From Kudoa neothunni (lineage: Eukaryota; Animalia; Cnidaria): a stretch of DNA of 64,000 nt. The stretch lies in the NCBI GenBank assembly GCA_964304625.1, contig OZ199840.1, positions 3,818,290 through 3,882,289 on the forward strand. The letters run 5' to 3'. The position numbers were made by a program, and so were the translations under genes. The notes beneath the pieces were generated by a model that had not been told where the DNA came from, made no database searches, and saw only the letters and a list, made by a program, of their open reading frames with translations. The stretch's first letter is position 1. Every line of letters starts with the position of its first letter. This document shows, piece by piece, positions 11,853 through 22,893 of the stretch.

Positions 11853-12130
11853 CTTTTTATCAACTTGTTATAAAAAATGTTTTATCTAGTCAATGTGAGT
11901 CGAATTCTTTTGGCCATTTATGAACATTTAATATCATTTGTCCAATCTAAATTTAATTAAAATAATACCGCTTAAAAAATATTTGTAGGCGAATTAAAAA
12001 ATTATCACTATTAAATCAAATCATATTTACTGAAATTATTCAGCCAAATTTTTACCATATTTTGTTTTAATCAAATGAAAATTTAGGTAAGGAAATTGGA
12101 AAACACTTTGATCAAGTAAATGATATAAAC

Positions 12131-12429
12131 CAGGAATGACCAAACTGTCGCTCACGAGCTGCATGTGACGCTAGGAAGTTGAAGTGTGGCATTTGAGGAG
12201 TTTAGATTTGATTTATTGTTTCATTTAATTTTGTTTCTAAAATTATTTTGAAATTTTTACAGTCATAGGATAATGCATGTATCATGTCTAAGAACTCATG
12301 AATTAAAACTCTTAGACAAGGTATAAATGTATTAAAAATTCCGAAACGTAATTTTTACGCCTAGTAACTCCAAAAAATTTGAATTTCATCAAATGCGGCT
12401 CTCATTTTAAATAAGTCTGTACACTCTTG
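12131..12429. mobile_element. hAT (Charlie-type) MITE
   Basis: Left end CAGGAATGACCAAACTG followed by a GCTCACGAGCTGCATG subterminal motif; right end GTCTGTACACTCTTG; flanks ATATAAAC/ATATAAAA (7/8 TSD). Confidence 0.6.
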
Positions 12430-13093
12430 ATATAAAACCTACTTAGCATTCTATTGCGGAATGAACTTTTTACTAATGAAATTAACTCCCCAATCCATTT
12501 GAAGTTTTAATTACAGAAATTACTTAAATAAATTTTAATGTTGTGAGAAAATTTATTTATAATGTTAAGAATTAACTATAAATCGTAAATGAGAGAAATA
12601 CAAGGATTAGAATATTTTTCGGTAGATAAAAACAATCTTAAAATAAATCAAAATAATATATTTTAATGAATTTTGATTTCTATTAATGATTTGAAAATTA
12701 GAAAATTTAATATTGAAATATTATTCGAATTTTCACTATTAATTTCTTTTAAACACATGATATTAAAATATTAAAAGCTTGGAGTAAATGGGATTGAAAT
12801 AATTAAATTTTATGAACGTATTTTAGCTGAAATATCTATTTATTAAATGATTATAAAAAAATTATTTTCTGATTATTTTGTAAATTAAAACTGCGGTAAA
12901 AATTAGAAGAAACCCGCATTAAATCTTCAAAGTTATTCCTAATAAATCCAACATCGGTAAGTGTAAAAAATTTAAATTACTAAATCTAGATTATTTACAC
13001 AGATTGGATGTCTTAAAAACGCATATATTGAATAAATATAGAAATTCGTTCAATAATAAAAAATATTTCACCCGTGAACTTCATTTATATATA

Positions 13094-13652
13094 CAGCACA
13101 AACTCGGAATTCGACCAAAAATTTTGGGTCAGAAATATTTTTGAGTTGGAAAAAATAGAAAGGGTATTCAGATCAAATCCAGTTGAAGCAAAAAATAGAG
13201 AAGAAAAGAAATTCTAGAAGGAGATTCGAGCAATCAAATTATACGAACGTCATCGAAAGAAACCCTTTTATGATCTATCGTATGACGACCCAAAAATATT
13301 TAACCTATGTAACCTGTGGATTATAAGGGTTGTCATCCATCAATCATATGAGCGATCGGGAGAAGAGCGGTATGGCACCACCACCTTTAATGCTAATAAT
13401 ACAGGTTCGAATCCCAATTCGGAGCTTATGTTACATCGTATGCCGCATTTTTATTATTATATTTAATATTTATTTGGTATATTTTATAAACACAAAGTAT
13501 GCTTGTTTTTTAATAAATAAGAGTAAAAATGGTCGTTTATTTTGATGAAAAATGCGGATTAAACTAATTTTCATTGTTTTACACGGGATAGATTGATTTG
13601 GAGTTCGAACACACTTCTAGAACGAGTATGGTGGAAGTCCGAGGTTGCACTG
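13094..13652. mobile_element. Tc1/pogo-type MITE carrying a SINE insertion
   Basis: TA|CAGCACAAACTCGGAATTC versus the reverse complement of the right end, CAGTGCAACCTCGGACTTC (15/19). Confidence 0.55.
13340..13427 (+). mobile_element. tRNA-derived SINE head, copy B
   Basis: GAGCGATC..GAGCGGTATGGCACCA..CCTTTAATGC..CAGGTTCGAATCCC with a perfect B box; homologous to 7293-7387. Confidence 0.55.
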
Positions 13653-13916
13653 CATACATATATATTATATGTTTAATATAGATGAATAAAATATTTTAAA
13701 ATTGTGATACCTTAATATTGCAAACATTGCTTAAAATTATATATTTAAAAATTAATTACACTTATAAAATAGTGAACATTTTTATTTTATTAAAAATTAT
13801 ATGACAACTTCAAATAAGATAGGCCATTAAACAATCTTGTCTCAAGAGTACAACATCTAAAAAAGGTATTTAGAAGTCGTTATAGATCGACAGATCCCGA
13901 AAATTAATACGATTTG

Positions 13917-16389
13917 ATGAGTTCTCATCAGATTTTTTCTCCATCTCTGGTAGATTATATTTATACGAACGTATTTTTGAATATTTTATAATTGTTTCTA
14001 ACAGTTTTTCAGTTCAAATACCCAAATGTCGTGATCGACCATTTGGCTACATTTTCAAAACTAAACAATATTTCCACACGAATATGTCAAGGTTTTATTT
14101 CTTTCGTATCAGTAAAATATTAAATTTAATAATTAAGATGCCACTAATAAAGTTATGGTGTCATTTGTTGCGAACATTAACTCCAATTTAAGTAAGATTA
14201 AATGTATTTTGTGCTGATTTTTAGATTTAATAGTCAATATTATTCATTTTAAAATGTATATTCCATATGACTATCCTGATTCAATTCCATTGGTCTACGT
14301 AATGGAGTCCAAAGATGTGATTACCAAAATCAATCTCAAACAACCAATCAAAATTGTGCATTCCGATGGCTTACTAAATAATTCTCAACTGATTCCCGAT
14401 TGGAATGGAGAGAAAAAGACTTTGGTTAGATATCACTCGTTCGTCTTACTTCAGCTGGGGAGTTGGGTTAAAATGGAGAAATATCTATTAAAATCTTCAT
14501 CTAAACCCCTACCTACTCCTACGCCTCGAGACATTACTAACATCTCATCACAGATATCAAACAACAGCAGCTCTGCTCGAAATCCTCCGTCACAAATGCA
14601 AGAAATAAAATCATCAGATAAGCATATATTTGCTTCGAATCCACCCAGGCGAGGGTCAACAACAGACTTAATGGATGGTGTTAACTCTCTTGATTACACT
14701 ACATATACTTTAAGAAACATTAACATTAGCCATAATTTGAGGGATGGAAGAACCAATTATAGCAAATCTGCTTTCCAAACTACGCCCACTACGGTGAACC
14801 CTTTTTTGAAGGGCGATCCTGGCGCCGTTTTTGCGGGCGCTCTAAACCCCACCTACAATCACGATCCAAATGATAAAGGTTTAATTCCGGCTTATAAAGG
14901 AGACTATTCCTCAGCCAGACGCGCTAATTTTAATAAAAATTCTATATCATTTCCAAATCAGAATTTTTATCGAAATTCATTTCCCACCAATCCCGAGGTT
15001 TCTGAGGGATCCACTCCACAATTTGGGGAAAATACGTTGTTTTATCCAATTTTCAACGATAAACCCGATTTAACAGTAAAATTAGAAGAATTTTCTGTTT
15101 CCCATGGTGAAGCAATTCACCCTCCTCAAAAGTTAAATTTCACTAATGACCCCAACAACGACAAAACATCTATCAACAATAAAACCCATCACGATTTAAA
15201 TTCTTCACCTAAAAGCGAATTATTCTCTATTGACGCAGCTGATAATACCTCTAATATTTCTCCTCAAGAAAAATATAATCAATTAATTAGAAAATACAAT
15301 ATTAAGATAAAAACTCCCAGTTTGTTAAGTGATTCAATAATATCTACGTAAATTCTCAACTGTTTAATAGAAAATACAGGAACTCCAACGAACGATGGAG
15401 TGCTTGTTGATTTATCCACCCCGTGTACGCAAGCCTCAGAAATCACTCCTGTGATTCCTACAAAGGATATAACTCAAAATGTGTCCATTAACAACTTGAA
15501 AAGTATTAAATTTAGTGATCGGGCCATTTTAATTCTTATATTAAAAGATTCGATTTTTGACAATATGGATCTGTTGAAAAACAAGCTTGAAGGTTAGTTG
15601 ATGGGACTGGTAATTCTAAATAACCCTAACCTTTGTTCAATAGAAGATTGCCTAGTCGAATCATACAAAAATTCAATCAGATTCACATACAACAAGTTAG
15701 TTATAGAACAAATGGTAGTTACGATATCGATTGGTGTTGTTAAAAATTTGGGTAGGAAAAGTATGCTGCACTGGATGAGGATATGAAGAAACTACAAAGA
15801 GGAACCGCCATACTACATTCCATACAACTCAGCTGTGATCAAGAGATCGTATTTATTCTTATACATAATATTTCTTTTAAAAAGTTTACTCAGGAAGAAT
15901 TTTCTGAGATTTGCTCTAAGATTGGCGCTAAAATCGGAACTTTGAAACCAATCATTGACACCTGTCTCAATCTGTCTCAACATTGTCTCGACCCTCAAAA
16001 ATTGTTATTAATTCCCGAACCCTACCACGATCAGTAAGCATCTCTCTTGACCTACTTGACCAAAGAAGGGATCAACTCCTCATAACTAATTTTAAATTGA
16101 TTACATTTTTATTTTATAAAACCCAATCGTATTTATTAAGATTGGTCAACGATATATCAAAAGACAAAGCTCTCACCGATTACTATTATCATATGATGAA
16201 TGGTTTCCATACTAACAAAATTCAATTGCCAACATTTTTAGCAGTAATTATTAAGTTAGCGTTATTTACAAAATTAACTAAAATTTAACCTAGGCCATAA
16301 GAAAACACTCAAGAGATCATTTCTATATAAAGTATTCTATCCACAACAACGAAAAAGAAAATCCCTACAAAAAAACACCTAGTCAGTGA
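13917..16389 (+). CDS. TSG101: TSG101/Vps23 (ESCRT-I): UEV domain, long linker, coiled coil, steadiness box
   Basis: Spliced FKYPNVVIDHL..VMVSFVANI..IHFKMYIPYDYPDSIPLVYV (UEV). C-terminal LVNDISKDKALTDYYYHMMNGF..IQLPTFLAAIRKHSRDHF matches the steadiness box. Stop TGA 16387-16389. Confidence 0.75.
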
Positions 16390-16405
16390 CTATTTTTTTA
16401 GATCA

Positions 16406-16591
16406 CTATCTTTTTATAGTTTTGTATTGAGACATCATCTCTAAAACCAATAATAAATCGTCTGGCGAGACACCTTTCTTCAATATTTTCGAAATAATTT
16501 TCATGTTCGATGTATCCATTTGGATGTTGGTTGCGTGGAGCAGTTTCATCAGCATCATTTCCGCCTTTTGTAGATTCTCATCTTCCGCCAT
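16406..16591 (-). CDS. MZT2: MOZART2-like gamma-tubulin complex microprotein (61 aa, intronless)
   Basis: EMMLMKLLHATNIQMDTSNMKIISKILKKGVSPDDLLLVLEMM fits the MZT2/MZT1 three-helix pattern. Confidence 0.6.
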   Translation of the reverse strand: MAEDENLQKAEMMLMKLLHATNIQMDTSNMKIISKILKKGVSPDDLLLVLEMMSQYKTIKR

Positions 16592-18960
16592 TATTATGAT
16601 CACGTGCCGAACGATTTTATTTGTCAAATTTGTATGCTGTAAAGTTTAGTTTATTTTAAATAAGACTGCATTTAAACTGACTTGTATCTATTAAAAATAT
16701 TGGAAAATAATGGGAACTGACGTAAAACCCGATCTAATACGATTATATTACGAACTCGATTGAAAAATAAATTTGTTAGAGTAATTACTTCATTCGATCA
16801 CCCTTAACACACAAAAATGTCTTTAAAAATAATTAAAATTAATATAGAAGCAATTTTGTTTATATATTGCTAAATTATGACTATTTAGAATTTTCACGAT
16901 TTTAGGATGTAAAACGTGCGCATGCTTCATAAATATCGTAAACTTTCGTGTCTGGCTGCGTTTACAATATGCTCCAACGAGATAGAGTCGTAAAATATTA
17001 ATTTTTATTTTATGCTAAAACTTCTCGAATAGTAATTGGGTTTCAAACCTGCATTAGTGGTTTCCACTTAATGTCAGAAGTAAACCAATAACACTTACTG
17101 ACTGGATGTAGTTTTGTGCTTCTTTCTTAATTTTTGCGTCTGAATTCTAATTGATGAATTCCCCTCGTCCTTATATTGTTCTTAATTTAAAATATTTGAA
17201 TGTTTAAAAAGTGGAACTCGAAAATTTGATTGAGCTAATGAATGTAAAAGAATAGGCCTGCCTTCTATTATAATTTATTTGTAATGGCGAAACAGTACAA
17301 TTCAATAGATGTTTTGTACGAAATATGAAACGATCTTGCTAGAAAAACAACAATCGATTTTCCACCAAGAGGAGGAAGTCGATTTGGGATCGGTTGTCTC
17401 CTCCAAACAAATCACTTTGGAGTTGACTGTCGATCAAAGTGTAATGAAGAAATTCGTATTGTAATCATAACTTAGTTTTTTTATTGTGATTTATTTCTTC
17501 ATTAAATTCATCTTTTTATGAGCAATTTGTCCATTTTCGGATCTATCCATAAAACAGCAGTTCTCTAATTTTCTCGTCCTTCCACAACTTGTAATTATTT
17601 TGGTACATTGAGCTCAGAACCATAAACTAAATATAGAATAGCAACGAAAATATTTTAATCTTTGAACGATTTTGGTGTATTGACTGAATAAGTGATTGAA
17701 ATGCGTTTGTTGGAAACCACCGGCGTAATTTTTAATCTGACTTGGCGTATCAAACAAGAAATTGTTTTTTAAGCTTCTAATGAACGTATAATTATCTTAA
17801 TTTATTACATTTAGTTATAGAAATAGTGCATAAAAGTCTTCTAATATAGTTCCCATTGCAAATCATGATTTTAGTCTATAAACATAGGGTTTCTCGATCT
17901 AACTCGGCACTTTTGCGATCATGCTCGATAATTTTAAGGTTAAAAAATCAATCCTAATTATTTTGTAGCGCATAATTTTTTAAATTAAGAAATTGTTTCA
18001 AATTTTTTATTCATAAAGTTACGATAGACGAAAATACATGTATAACAAAGAATGATGCCTTCTGTGTTTTCAGATTACGACTATAACTTGAATAAGTACG
18101 CAATTTTTAAATAGACATAAAATATTTCTTAAAATAAAAAAAATTAAAGTAATGTAGTGATCATGATATTTATCAAATTTTTCGTGATGAACACGCCAAT
18201 ACGACAGAATTACATTGTTTTCATAATAGAATGGAATACATAAACCCCAAGAGTAAATATTTTAACAAAGTTTTTATTCCACACGAAATAGTAATTTTTT
18301 AATCAACACCTTAGGATAAATGTAACGAATTTTATTATACGGTTTATTATAACCTTGTGTATTTTATAGCATAATATGGATATAATTGAATTAACTTTTT
18401 ATTGTTAATTATAAAAAAAATATGTTATGGATAAGAAATTTGATCTTTGACATAATATTAAATACAATATTTGCTATTTCTCAAAAACGTCGATGAAGCA
18501 CACAATCAGTAAAATTCAGAATGTTACTTATTATGTAAAGCATAATATTTAGAATTTTGATATATTGCATTGATTGGATGAAAAAACACCACATGAACAT
18601 AAAAGGGATGGGTATTTCTTAAACTTCCAGGATTTAATTAATCTTTTTTTGCTTTTAAACATTATCATTTATTTTCCAATAAAAATATTTATACTAATAT
18701 ATATAAGCTCCTAACGAGGATTAAACTACTAACGCGAACATTGCCGACAATGATTAAAAATATAACAGAAATTCTAATTTTATTGTAGAGGAATTTAATC
18801 AAATTTTTAAATAATCAAATAATACAAGCAGGTGTGAATACAACTATAGCTTAAAAATCTCACCAAGGCACACCCACTCGTAAGAAGATTTATGTTCCGA
18901 GATTAACAAACTCGTTAAACATTTGGCATTTTTGGGTATTTGTCGTAAAATCTACAAAAA

Positions 18961-19502
18961 ATGGCCAATACTGCTTCAACCGATAGAGAATTTAGAAAAG
19001 TTGACGTCGATCAATATGACGAAGACAACTATCAAGAGGATAAAGTTGAGATGGTCGAATTCGACACAGCTAGCGTACAGGGTCTTCTTTCTAAGTTGGT
19101 TATGGTTATTGTATTAACTGAAATAGACTTCATCTTTAGGGGAGATATGTCGGAAGCTTTAAAACTCATAGTAAACTCACCAGCTCTTGATGGAAATTCT
19201 AGGGAGGCGAAGGTGAAAATGGTTGACGCCTATTCCAAGATATTACAAGGAGTCAAAGCAGCCGATATACCGAAACAGTTGGAAACATTAAATAAAGAAG
19301 AACAAAATCGGCTAATGAAATTAATTTATTGCTCGTTCATGTGCAGTTCTATTGCAGATTTTTCATCCCTCCATGCTTGGCATGAAAAAGTAATATGATC
19401 GATATCACACCTGTATTCACAGTTGATTAGGTTTACGGACTGGTTGGTCTTGGTGGAATAATCCGAGTTCTCACTGATAGAAAAGCGGTTCCTCATCAAT
19501 AG
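18961..19502 (+). CDS. ARPC5: Arp2/3 complex subunit 5 (p16)
   Basis: MANTASTDREFRKVDVDQYDEDNY..LMKLIY..WHEK|VYGLVGLGGIIRVLTDRKAV; two short introns. Confidence 0.95.
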
Positions 19503-20043
19503 ATTTCATATTTCTTGTTTCCGTATAAACACTCGGTCAATATACTTTGCTAGTCCTTTTATTTTCCAATCTCCACATATTTATATTATTGGTTTGATTC
19601 ATTGCTTTATGTTATAATCTTAATACATTCCTACATTCGTCAATGGACATACATCAAATATTTTACAAAAGAATTGTTAGAAAATCCGATCTTTATATTA
19701 ATTACCTGGAAAAAAATAATTTTATCTCAAATTTTTACTATTTTTTAATTATTCTCATTCATACATATAATGCTTATTTCTTAAAACAATTTTTGATAAA
19801 ATCACAGTAAGTATAAGAAAGCATCATTCTTCGGCTCTCTTGCCGGTAGAGTTTCTCTGATTTTGGCGATTTTCATTCATTAAATGGAATTCCAACTTTA
19901 TCTAGTAGAGCGTGGTTGCCCTATTGATTTTATTCATAAGTGTAATGTGTAATGTGCGCCAAGAAAACCACAGCTCAGTAAATACGCACAAAATATACGT
20001 AGGCGTAAAAATCATAAGCTCGTCTTATTTAATTCTCTTGCAA

Positions 20044-20200
20044 TAAGGTAAAACCTCTAGTATAATTAATTAAGCGGCAAGGTTTCGGAGAGTGAAGCTG
20101 CTTCCATGAGCATTCTAGACATCGTAAGGTGTCATGTAAACCTCGTACCAGACATTGTATCATTAATCACCAACAATACATGTATTAATGCTTCATCATT
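20044..20200 (-). mobile_element. Possible SINE 3' fragment
   Basis: The minus strand ends TAGAGGTTTTACCTT, like the CCAGGGGTTTTACCTT tail of the SINE at the window end. Confidence 0.3.
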
Positions 20201-21647
20201 TAACATGATGTTTATTTATTACAATATAATATTAAAGTGTGCTGTATTAACAAATAAAATAAAACAATTTATAATTTAATTTTCTATTGAGATTAATTTA
20301 CGGTATTGTTATATTCAGTGGCGGATCGTAGTTTAAATAAATGAGGATGCTGAAATGCATTAGAAAATTTTTGTAACGATTATTCGAAAATGAATAAATT
20401 TCTGGAGACGAAACAACAATTTACTTTTTAACCAATCGGAATTTTAAAAATGACATTAAAATGGAGATATATACCTAAATGCGATTGATTAAAACACAAT
20501 TTAAATCGGCCAGCACTGTGGGTCGCACAGTGCCTCCACTCCGCGGATCTTATCTACACGGCCTTACTCACACGCATACACATACACATGCGCACGGCGA
20601 TAAAAATAATTTTCCTATAGTTAGATGGCAATTTTGTATAATTTATGGATATTTTCCATTGTATTCTCCTTTAAACTGTTGTTCTAACAATTAAATTTTG
20701 TTATGTTTGATAAACGTGCATATTGCGTTACGGTAATTTGGACTTGCACATGAGTGCAAATCTTTTACTAACATTTGCTGGCCGTTTCACCGTGTTAATG
20801 CATGTAATAATTGAGGTTATTTTACGTCAAGAAAAATACGAGAATTATAATATTGCAATCATTCTAATTTTAATAGATGTAATCATATTAGTAATAATTA
20901 CTGTAAACGTATTGACGAAAATTCTTTTTTTTTCTTAGAGAACATGTCGCACATCCTATAATTTAGATGGTTCATAACTATATTGTAAACTGAAAGCAAT
21001 ATATTCTTTAATAATAGAATTTAAATAAAATGTGGGTAGATTAATGTCGTTGCATAAATGTGTAGGGTCAAACTAAATTTTTCCTATATGGCGCTCGCAA
21101 ACAACAAAAGTGCGAATAATCAATCAATGGTATATATCAAATTTTTCGCACTTTTTTGATGGTCCAGAGGGGATTACGGTAAATCGGTTACCTACTGTAT
21201 AATGAAACCACGATCGCCCTGAGAATTTGGGCCAGCGATTTTCATAACCAGATGGCGAGGTTCGACTGTATTTTAATTTAAAAATTCACCTAGTACATCT
21301 ATAACTAAATTAAGAAACACTCGAATTCGATGTAGAAGCATATTTAAAGAAATTTATGTCGCAATTGTTGATAGTATAATAATGCTGCTCATTGCTCATT
21401 GATTTTTGAAGACAAACACGTAAACAACAAATTCACCAATAAGGAAATTAAATTCGCAGAATAAAAAATACTTCCATTAATTTAAACAATCATATGAATT
21501 CAACCACATAATAACCATGTGTGTTTATAGTTAATATGCAAAAAACGCCAACTTAGTAACTTAAGGCCTCACGCATAAGCAACTCGCAAGAAAAAAAACG
21601 AATTTGAAAGCTATCAATATACGCAACTAATTCGTCACAAACAGTTT

Positions 21648-22746
21648 TTACGCAACTTTGGGTTCGATGGTGAAGGCACGAATGATAGAATCATTGTAAC
21701 CAGCAAAAAGAGTTCGACCATCACGAGACCAAGCGAGCGAGGTGCATTGCACATACGGTGGGAGAAGAATTTGGTTTTCGGTATCTTTAGGATCGACAAT
21801 CGAATCTCCCAAACAACCATCTCTACACTTGTCAGCATCGAGAATGAAAATCTTCGATCCACACGCTGCAGCAATAAGCGAACTGTGGGGGTTGAACTTA
21901 ACACACGACACTTCGCCAGGCAATTGTGATGATCCGAGAAGCTGATAGGTGGCATTGCTCCATACATTGACAATTCCATCCTTGCCGCCGGATCCAGTAA
22001 GCTGACCACTCTTGGTAAGGTCGACACTATTCACAATGTTGGTGTGACCATAGTGAACAACTTGAACTTGACCAGTAGTGTAGTTCCAGACACGAACAGC
22101 CTTATCGGCACCACCAGAAACCATCAATGGAGCATCGGTACCAACACACAAAGTGATATTTTTGATGACAGAGTTGGAGGTTTCGGTAGGGACACTGAAA
22201 TGGAATTTGAGCTGACCAACAATGTTCCACAGCATAATATCTCCATTTCTGGCAGATGAGAAAATCTGTCTGTTGTCAGAAGAGAAACCTACAGATAGCA
22301 CATCACCAACATGTCCACGGAAGAGAGTTCGGACGGAGTTGCTAGAAAAAGAAAATTAAGCTATTGGAAATCGGAAAAAACAACAAAATATTACGTTTCC
22401 AAGTCCCACATTTTAAGATATCCGTCCCATGAAGATGAAATCGCATGACGTGAATCATTGGACAGAGCACAATCAGTGACAAAATTGTTGTGACCAACCA
22501 ATGATTTCATTGCATATCCATTGTAGGATCCATCTTCTTCAGAGATCTTCCATACCATTAGAGTCTTATCTACAGTAGAAAACCGCAGTCATTTACAATG
22601 TTCATCATTACAGGCAGAATACCTCTCGATGCGGACACCAAAAGATCGTCTCGGTTGCTTGAAACCGCGATTTTTGTAATAGCGCCATTGTGGCCTTTAA
22701 AAGTTCCTCTATGAGCAAGGTATACCTTTTGGGTTTCGGCACTCAT
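21648..22746 (-). CDS. RACK1: RACK1 (WD40 ribosome scaffold), 3 exons
   Basis: RGTFKGHNGAITKIA..LVSASRDKTLMVW..GYAMKSLVGHNNFVTD..SSSWDGYLKMWDL..QCTSLAWSRDGRTLFAGYNDSIIR; introns 22570-22622 and ~22342-22394. Confidence 0.95.
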
Positions 22747-22893
22747 ACTTAGCGATGTGGTTAGCGTGTTGTGAGACGACAATTTGTCGGGTCTACTCGG
22801 CCATTGGGTTTTGGTTGTTGACATTTGCGCAAATGGCTTATTAGAGTTGTATCATGCTCCAATTAAAATATTCAAATAATTCTACGATTGTTT

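Noticed and set aside
18961-19502. U12-type introns in ARPC5
   Set aside because: The donors are GTTGGT and GTAATA, not RTATCCTT.
21635-22259. Overlapping and antisense ORFs on RACK1 (likewise on DDX10, DOCK and the FN3-like gene)
   Set aside because: These are shadow frames of real exons with no independent coding signal.
22570-22622. Box C/D snoRNA in RACK1 intron 1 (contains ATGATGA)
   Set aside because: The intron is only 53 nt and has no CTGA D box or terminal stem.
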